A stretch of DNA of 64,000 nt from the human T2T-CHM13v2.0 reference genome, Homo sapiens: NCBI RefSeq assembly GCF_009914755.1, contig NC_060927.1; one strand, 5' to 3'. The translations under genes and the position numbers were made by a program. Below the pieces are notes generated by a model, which saw nothing but the letters and a program-made list of their open reading frames with translations, had not been told where the DNA came from and searched no databases. Within the stretch, counting starts at the first letter, position 1. The number at the start of each line of letters is the position of its first letter. Below are positions 1 to 64,000 of the stretch, piece by piece.

Positions 1-204
<204 letters not shown>

Positions 205-484
205 TCAGAAAGATTAACTGGCTTATGAACAGCCGTAGCATAATTAGGGAACTTGGCCTGATTCCTTGGTACCCTGTCTGCCATTTGAACCTAGTTTACA
301 TTTCAAAATAATTTTTATTGAGGATTAAATCTAAATAAACTGGTATACAAATGGAATGACAACCAAGGTAGATTGCTAGATAGCAAAACTACATCTTTTT
401 AAGAATTGCTAGATTACAAACAGGAGGTATAACATCTATGAAAATTATCTAGCGTTTCTTCTGCATTTTAATTTAATTTTGTTA

Positions 485-929
<445 letters not shown>

Positions 930-1374
930 TTAAAGCATAAGCCTATTCATTAGTGTTCATCTTTCCAGTGAGTTTTTTTTTGTCTTGTCAAGTTTTGAGA
1001 TGTGATTAAAACTGGATCATAAGAGAGCTCCTGAGTTCATCATGTTATATATTGTTAGGAATTCTTCAGTATAGTCCCTGCATCTAAATAGTTTAACTCT
1101 GAAGTTTGGTTTATGTCTTGTTTGTCCTTTGAATGGGACTGGCCCAAAGAAGCATGCTCTGTTAATTTTCCTCTAGGTACATAATCTGAGCTACAACTTC
1201 TGAGTCTGTGGACAGCAGGTGCCTAGAAGTTTCTAGTAGTTAGGGAATCCAATTAGAAGTCATTGCCAAGTAATAGTGTATCATGGTTCTCTGCTAGGGT
1301 TTCATTGCAAAAATGCCTTTTCTGTTTGGTTATTGGTACTCAGTTATGGAAGTTAATCGTGTGATTGTGTGACA

Positions 1375-2060
1375 TAAATGTATTCATTGAACAAATATTT
1401 ATTGAGTGTCTTTTACATGTCAGATGCTGTTCTTGTGCTGGAGATGCAGTGATTTAGATAAAGTTGCTGCCTTCATGAGATGACATTCTAGTATGTAATC
1501 TCTGGAAAGACAGATACTAAACAAGATGTATTAGTCTGTTCTCATGCTGCTAATAAAGACTGATTCACTCTCACGAGAACAGGATGGAAAGACCTCCTCC
1601 ATGATTCAGTTACCTCCCACAGGGTCCCTCCCACCACACATGGGAATTATGGGAGCTACAATTCAAGATGAGATTTGGGTGGGGACACAGCCAAACCATA
1701 TCACAAGTAAATTATAAAACTGCAAATAGTGATGCATGCTAAGAAGAAAGTCAGTCAGAAGCAGATGGTAGGGAGTGAGGAAGGGTGGGGGCGGCCCCTC
1801 TTGTTTTATCTGAGGGTCTCGGGAGGCGACTTGTCAACAGGCTTGAGAAGGAGCTGCCAAGCAAGGATCTGTGAGGCAGCATCCCAGGAAAAAGACAGCA
1901 GAAGGCATGACCTTGAGACATGAGCAAGTCTGTCATGCCCTGGGGCAGCAAGAGGGACAAGTGGGGATGTTGTGGGCTGGGGGAACACAGTGGCAGATGA
2001 GGTCAGAGAAGTGGGCAGAGTGGGCACATGAAGGGCTGGAGAAAGGGATCTGCTTTTGGA
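1375..2060 (-). mobile_element. L2 3' end fragment (interrupted by THE1)
   Basis: cattgaacaaatatttattgag... typical of the L2 tail. Confidence 0.65.
1527..1703 (-). mobile_element. THE1 (ERVL-MaLR) solo LTR, internally deleted
   Basis: Both termini present (tgtattagtc... and ...ccaaaccatatca); flanks caaga/caagt resemble a 5-bp TSD. Confidence 0.85.
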
Positions 2061-2356
2061 TTCTTCTTCCTAGAGCTTTCAGGCGAGAGTCAAAGACAAC
2101 GGGGAAAGAACAACACAAAGTAGAGGGTGTGAAATAGGAAGTGAATTTAAGAAGTGAAAGGAGTGATTGTGCATTATGATTGGAGATCAGTGTTAAAGCT
2201 GGCTTTGCTCTGTTAGGATAAGCTTGCCAGGAGGGATTATAGAGTGCTCCAGGGGCAGTGGATGGGCAGACACAGCCAGCAGAGTGGTTCCGAACTTGGC
2301 CTGGTGCCTGGCTGCATGGGTCCATTCTGGGCCTCATTACTCCCTCCCTGGTAGGC

Positions 2357-2632
2357 TTTTTTTTTTTTGAGATAGGGTCTTGCTGTGTCATCCAGGCTGA
2401 AGTGCAGTGGTACAATCACGGCTCACTGCAGCCTTGACCTCCTGGGCTCAGGCAGTCCTCCCACCTTAGCCTCTCGAGTAGCTGCAATTATAGGTATGTA
2501 CCACTGCACCCAGCTAATTTTTAATTTTTTTTTGTAGAGATAGGGTCTTATTTTGTTGTCCAGGCTGGTCTCAACTCTTGGGTTCAAGCAATCTTCGCCC
2601 CTCGGCTTCCAAAAGTACTGGGATTACAGGTG
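2357..2632 (-). mobile_element. AluJ
   Basis: AluJ-type right arm (gcagccttgacctcctgggctca). Confidence 0.85.
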
Positions 2633-2838
2633 GCTTGGAGACTTTTGAAGCTACCTAATGAATTTGCATCCCAATTTCTCACCTCTCAAATGAGGATAAT
2701 GATAACAACAATCTCTTCCTCATACGGTTGCAATGAAAACTCAACAGGCTAATATAGGAAGCCCTCCAGAAAACGGTAGCTGTCACTGCTGTTACCATTA
2801 TTATTCATTTTGAGATTATTGGAACAATTTTTAATGTT

Positions 2839-4538
2839 TTTTTTTTTTTTTTTTTAATTGATCATTCTTGGGTGTTTCTCGCAGAGGGGGATTTGGCAGG
2901 GTCACAGGACAATAGTGGAGGGAAGGTCAGCAGATAAACAAGTGAACAAAGGTCTCTGGTTTTCCTAGGCAGAGGACCCTGCGGCCTTCTGCAGTGTTTG
3001 TGTCCCTGGGTACTTGAGATTAGGGAGTGGTGATGACTCTTAAGGAGCATGCTGCCTTCAAGCATCTGTTTAACAAAGCACATCTTGCACCGCCCTTAAT
3101 CCATTCAACCCTGAGTGGATACAGCACATGTTTCAGATAGCACAGGGTTGGGGGTAAGGTCACAGATCAACAGGTTCCCAAGGCAGAAGAATTTTTCTTA
3201 GTACAGAACAAAATGAAAAGTCTCCCACGTCTACCTCTTTCTACACAGACACGGCAACCATCCGATTTCTCAATCTTTTCCCCACCTTTCCCCCCTTTCT
3301 ATTCCACAAAACCGCCATTGTCATCATGGCCCGTTCTCAATGAGCTGTTGGGTACACCTCCCAGACGGGGTGGTGGCCAGGCAGAGGGGCTCCTCACTTC
3401 CCAGTAGGGGCGGCCGGGCAGAGGCGCCCCTCACCTCCCGGACGGGGCGGCTGGCTGGGCAGGGGGCTGACCCCCCCCCACCTCCCTCCCGGACGGGGCG
3501 GCTGGCCGGGCAGAGGGGCTCCTCACTTCCCAGTAGGGGCGGCCGGGCAGAGGCGCCCCTCACCTCCCGGACGGGGCGGCTGGCCGGGCGGGGGGCTGAC
3601 CCCCCCACCTCCCTCCCGAGCGGGGTGGCTGGCTGGGCAGAGGGGCTCCTCACTTCCCAGTAGGGGCGGCCGGGCAGAGGCGCCCCTCACCTCCCGGACG
3701 GGGCGGCTGGCCTGGCGGGGGGCTGACCCCCCCACCTCCCTGCCGGACGAGGTGGCTGCCGGGCAGAGACGCTCCTCACTTCCCAGACGGGGCAGTTGCC
3801 GGGCGGAGGGTCTCCTCACTTCTCAGACGGGGCGGCCGGGCAGAGACGCTCCTCACATCCCAGACGGGGCGGCAGGGCAGAGGTGCTCCCCACATCTCAG
3901 ACGATGGGCGGCCGGGCAGAGACGCTCCTCACTTCCCAGATGTGATGGCGGCCGGGAAGAGGCGCTCCTCACTTCCTAGATGGGATGGCGGCCGGGCAGA
4001 GACGCTCCTCACTTTCCAGACTGGGCAGCCAGGCAGAGGGGCTCCTCACATCCCAGACGATGGGCGGCCAGGCAGAGACACTCCTCACTTCCCAGACGGG
4101 GTGGCGGCCGGGCAGAGGCTGCAATCTCGGCACTTTGGGAGGCCAAGGCAGGCTGCTGAGAGGTGGATGTTGTAGCGAGCCGAGATCACGCCACTGCACT
4201 CCAGCCTGGGCACCATTGAGCACTGAGTGAAGGAGACTCCGTCTGCAATCCCGGCACCTCGGGAGGCCGAGGCTGGCGGATCACTCGCGGTTAGGGGCTG
4301 GAGACCGGCCGGGCCAACACAGCGAAACCCCGTCTCCACCAAAAAAATACGAGAACCAGTCAGGCGTGGCGGCGCGCGCCTGCAATCGCAGGCAGTCGGC
4401 AGGCTGAGGCAGGAGAATCAGGCAGCAGTACCCACCGTCCAGCTTCAGCTCGGCATCAGAGGGAGACCGTGGAGAGAGGGAGAGGGAGACCGTGGGGAGA
4501 CGGAGAGGAAGAGGGAGAGGGAGAGGGAGAGGGAGAGC
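2839..4538 (-). mobile_element. Full-length SVA retrotransposon (young, D-F-like)
   Basis: On the - strand: (CCCTCT)n head, Alu-like domain, GC-rich VNTR (~3360-4110), SINE-R and poly(A); 14-bp TSD caatttttaatgtt at 2825-2838 and 4539-4552. Confidence 0.95.
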
Positions 4539-4548
4539 CAATTTTTAA

Positions 4549-5304
<756 letters not shown>

Positions 5305-5349
5305 TCTGTACCACTGTCATCGAGGTGGTGATTATTGTGATGGCTTAGC

Positions 5350-5531
5350 CAGTGGTTCTTAACTCTGGTTGCGTGTTAGAATCACTCAGGGAACTTTTAA
5401 AAGAAATTCCAAATCCCAGGCCTCAGTCTCACGCAATGAAATTGGAACATTTAGGGGTGCTTCTGGTTTTGATATATGTAAAAGAAACTCTTTGGGTGAA
5501 TCTAACTTACAACGAGGGTTGAGACCCACTG
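5350..5531. mobile_element. MER5-type hAT-Charlie MITE
   Basis: cagtggttcttaa ... ttgagacccactg terminal inverted repeats. Confidence 0.7.
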
Positions 5532-5721
5532 ATAGAAGCATAAACGTTTCAGGAAGGTCATGAGTGCTGGTAGGGGTAGAATCTCATGAAAAACTTTTCT
5601 TCAGGTAGATTGTTTAGTTTGACAAAGGGGCAAGAAGGTCTTAGCAAGAATTTTGATGGCTTGTTTTGGTTCTGTTCTTCTTGCAGTTGCTATGTTTTAA
5701 CTATTGCCTCTCATTTTCTAG

Positions 5722-59666
<53,945 letters not shown>

Positions 59667-59693
59667 ACCTCAAATATAAAAATTGGCGAAAAG

Positions 59694-59701
59694 AAGCCAT
59701 A
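59694..59701 (+). promoter_or_regulatory. miR-135a/b 8mer seed site (AAGCCATA)
   Basis: Exact complement of miR-135 seed AUGGCUU plus A1, 28 nt after the stop. Confidence 0.55.
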
Positions 59702-60236
59702 CGCCTTTTTAATTTGCCAAAAAAAAAAAGAAGAAGAAGAAGTTGAAACAACTAGACATGAAGGAATATATGGGGTATTTATCGTTTATTTAAAGAGCAC
59801 GATCAGTTGACACCTTCTGAAATAGAACTGAGAAGAAATTTCTATTAGTGATGATACACTATTATATTGTAGATAGTTTTTATAAATGTTCAAAAAGATG
59901 ATGATATTTAAAAACAAAAAAAGTATTCATATTGCTGGTGGAGGATCTGCCATCAGCACATCAAAAATGGGGATGTGCCCCCAGCCCTCTATTTTGCTTT
60001 GGGGGTCAGTGATAGTGGCCTCTGGAGAAACCAAATAATGTGGCCAGTGGTGTGGCCTTACCCACAACAAATGAAAAGCCCACTTGTGTTTCATATAGAA
60101 AATCAGCAGTTGGGTGGGGCTTTATTTGTGACATAATTTTTTTCATGACATACAATAATTTCTGATGTATCCATGTAGATATTATGCTCTGTCCATAATA
60201 GAGCCTCTGCAATGAAAGATATTTTTAATTTGTCAC

Positions 60237-60242
60237 ATTAAA
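60237..60242 (+). terminator. Candidate proximal poly(A) signal ATTAAA
   Basis: ATTAAA followed by GU-rich ttgtgtgaatgtgtgtg. Confidence 0.45.
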
Positions 60243-61887
60243 ATTCATAATACGATTGTGTGAATGTGTGTGAGACTGACTGAGAGTGTGAGACTTTTAC
60301 TAGAAAAGTGAGTCCACTAGAAAATCTGTGACAAGTTGGTTTTTAAAGTCTGAACAGTTGATATTAAGCATATCTGAAAAAAGCAAGTAAATATTTTAAC
60401 AAAACTATGACTCAGGAACCTTCGAGAAGATTAGTTCCCCACTTAGATTTTTAAGGAGTAAAAAGGGCTGAGTTATGCCTTTAAGTGCTGTCAAGAATTC
60501 ACTTGGGTTTGGGACATTTGCTGGTGTAATGCTAGATGCCCACAGCAGCATAATATTGTACTTTGTCAAAGGTAGGTAAATTCTCTGTTTCTCAGCAGCC
60601 CTTTCCCCAAAAGGTATGGTGTTTATTTTTAGTAAAAATAGCTAATCTCTTTTTACCATCTCACATGATAACTCTTTGGAGTCATGTCAAGTGCCCCAAA
60701 TTTGTCTGTGATTTTCCCATCTCTGAGCTCTTTATCTGCCTCCGTTTCCTTGTTTTTCTGGGGCCAGAGTCTCATCTCTGCCTTTTTTTGGTGTATCACC
60801 TTCTGACTTGCCTTCATTGCTTGTCTGATGTGACCAACAGTGTGATCTTGGACACACTAAGGATTTTAGATGCAAAGAAACTTTATACAACATTATGAAA
60901 GACTATCCTTTCCATTTTGGTTATTTCAGCATTTTAGTTGCAACCTGGGATTAGATTAGAGTTTCCAACGTGATGAAAAGTGGAATGATAGCATTCTATA
61001 ATTTCCATAATTTTCCTACTGGTCCGTACCAAATTCTAGAGTCTCTGGAGTTGCTATTTCAGAGTATTTGGTCAAACGAAAAAGAATTTATTGCTGTCTG
61101 TTTAACATGTATTTGTTTGGTTGAAAGGATCTTTTTAGAAACTGTAGGAAAATAAACAGAACCAACCAGGTGAAACAAAGCACAGACATTGGGTTAGGAT
61201 GTAGTGAGTTGTGAACAATCAGGATTCTGGGTGTGATGGGGGTCCCTGTCTCATAGGTGATCCTTTGGTGCCATGTGACCGAGAGACATGGTGTCTAAGG
61301 CCCATGGCCTGGAGACCTGGGTGCTGCTCCTAGCTGACTGTGGACCTTGGGCAAGTCCTTCATCCGTCCTGTGCCTCACTGTCCTCATCTGAACAATGGT
61401 ATGATGACACCTGCCCTCTCTTTCAATCATGCTTTGAGGATACAGTGAGATTGGTTACAGTGAACCTTCAATGAGTAGAATGTGGTATGCCATGGTGGGT
61501 TGTAGTAGATGGTGCTCCCTGCCTTTTCTCCTCTGTTTTCCTCAATTTGGGAACAAATGAGATTGGCAGAAGGAGGGAGCTCACGGTGCAGTACTTTTCT
61601 ACCAAAGTGTGCCCACTGGTGTCACCTCCTAATGTTAACTTGGATTTCCTAAAGCAGTCCCACTCTGTTATGAGAGTCACTGACTCCCGTGGACATCCCC
61701 ACAGTAAGCAGCCTTACAAAATCCAGTCCCCTTAGGGCAGAGTGAGTGTCATAGAATAATGACTCCAAACCCACGTCAAAAATGGCTTGTTTTCAGCGAT
61801 GTTATAAAACAAAGGCCTGTTTTTTGGAATTGGGGGTGACTGGGTGGTTTGGATTGAAATGTGGACAAAGATAGCATGTGTATTTTG

Positions 61888-61912
61888 AATAAAATAAAAA
61901 TTTTGTAATAAA
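61888..61912 (+). terminator. Cluster of three AATAAA poly(A) signals
   Basis: AATAAA at 61888, 61893 and 61907, with TGTA nearby. Confidence 0.55.
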
Positions 61913-63124
61913 ACTTTTAAAAATCAGTGATGTAAAATCAATATTTAAGACTATAGGCTATAAATTGTTTGATTTCATTAACTAGCCCTTTTGATGCCTA
62001 GACATGTTGTAAAAAAATTGTGCTATGGCTGCCTTTTCTTCTGCCCCACAACACAAAGGGCTATTTCTACAAGGCAAAGTTTTGTATATGTGCTATTCTT
62101 TACTTCAGATTGAGAGTTGGGAAAAACTGGAGTAAATAATGGGTTTCTTACTTGCTTAAAAGCATATTTATATGTGTATCTCAATATATACAAGGCAGGT
62201 TCCCCTATAAAAGTCTGGAATGTACTGCTTAATTTTACACTTGTGTAGACACGATTATTTGTGACTGAAAAGTGGAATAACGTGTGGATTTTGTCAACTC
62301 ATTATCAGTCTGTTAGCAGTCCTCTATGTGAGGCATGGTGGTCTAATTGTGAAATTCTCCCTGTATATGGGTGTCTGTGTGAAAGACAGCACTTTCTTCC
62401 TGTAAATATCTTTTGATATCCATTTATGTAGAATTCCAATGAATATGTCTTTGGAAAAGGTAATGTATCAAAGTTTTTATTTTGCCAATTGATCTAAATG
62501 CCCATATAACTAATCAGAAATCCAGTTTGGTTCAGATTGGGATTTTCTTTTAAAGAAAAAAAAAGTATGCAGAAAAGACTATTGGAAGAATCATGTGTTA
62601 GTGACACTTTACATCAACGTTGCTTCAATATTTTGGAATTGACCAGGCTGCTTTCTCCTACCTGCAAGAGAATGTGCCTGACATTTCCCAGTGCTTACTT
62701 TGGGCTATAGGAAGTCCAGCGGGGATAGCTCGAGCCTCTTGCTCCCTGAGTCATTTATTCCCTTTACCTGAACAGAGCCTTACCTGCAATTCATAGTGAG
62801 AGCACCTGGGTCTGTATCCTGACTCCACTCTAAGTGAGGTGGGACTGAATCACTGTACCTCTCTGGGCCTTTTCATTTGAAACAAGTGGGTTAGACTAGA
62901 TTAGCTCCAAAGTCCTCTCTTGCCCTAACATTTTATTTTTATTTTCCTGTGGTTACCACTAGGGTCTGACACGTAAAATGTGAGGGATCACTTAGAGGTT
63001 TGGATGTTATATTTTTGCATTGTTACAGCTTATACTCCCCAGTTGAGGACCTGTGTCATTCTTAGTGGCCCCACGACCCCTCTGTTTGTATTCCTGCTCC
63101 ACTTATCTATACTTTTTTGGGTAA

Positions 63125-63436
<312 letters not shown>

Positions 63437-64000
63437 TGAAAAAAACAACTTTCTAGTCCATGAGGTACTTTGGCTCCATCCCCCTCAAAAACAAAACAAA
63501 AAATCCATTTAAAGTGTCCTCCTAGAAAAGCCTCAGAACTGCCTTCAACTACATCTGTCACCTTTATAGAATATTTTGAAATTCTGGAAGAGGATGGGAA
63601 ACAAAATTCTAATTTAGCTAGAGCTGTGATCCCCAAATAAGTGCTGACAAAATTGTCTACCACAGAAAGGCCGTCCTTGTCATCTTGTAGGCATCACTGC
63701 TGCTAAATCACATCAGTACATGCCTTCTGTGGGGAGATGGCAGGGGGCAGGGGCAGGACCAGGGGATGGGATTAGATAAAGTGTGATAATGTCCTTTAGA
63801 TAAAAGAAATCCTACGCTATAGAACAAGGTTCTGTACTCTTGAGTTGGTGTCTGAGATCACCTGCACAGTGTTACAGAGATTTTCCACTCCATAAATCAC
63901 TCTAAAAGAGTTTGCATAAGACTCGGTAGACCTGTGCTATTCAATGTGGCAGTCAACAGCCATATGTGGCGATGACTACTCAAAGTTTGGCTTGTTCAAA

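Overview
Primate, most likely human, genomic DNA carrying the 3' half of the deubiquitinase gene USP13 (isopeptidase T3) on the + strand. I reconstructed 13 coding exons with GT-AG boundaries and a continuous frame from ...[11 protein letters not shown] to ...YFYRRIPS* (stop at 59666). They are probably exons 9-21, counted back from a recalled 21-exon model. They encode most of the split USP catalytic domain (QQDAQEF motif, His box GHY, WVIYND) and both UBA domains; the ZnF-UBP domain and Cys box lie upstream of the window. More than 4 kb of 3' UTR follows. The introns are dense with repeats: about 30 Alus, a full-length antisense SVA, a full-length antisense LTR12 (ERV9) solo LTR inside an MST LTR, THE1 and MER31 LTRs, L1/L2/MIR fragments, MER DNA transposons and a polyadenylated 28S rRNA 3'-end retrocopy. 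I found no convincing new biological system, and nearly all ORFs in the track are repeat-derived noise. The most unusual signals are: a ~140-bp templated insertion that splits an Alu and leaves direct repeats on both sides of exon 12; a 27-nt microexon just before UBA1; an exon that starts with a donor motif (recursive-splice-like); the Alu-28S tandem; and several small template-switch scars. Repeat subfamily names are from memory of consensus sequences, and repeat boundaries are approximate.
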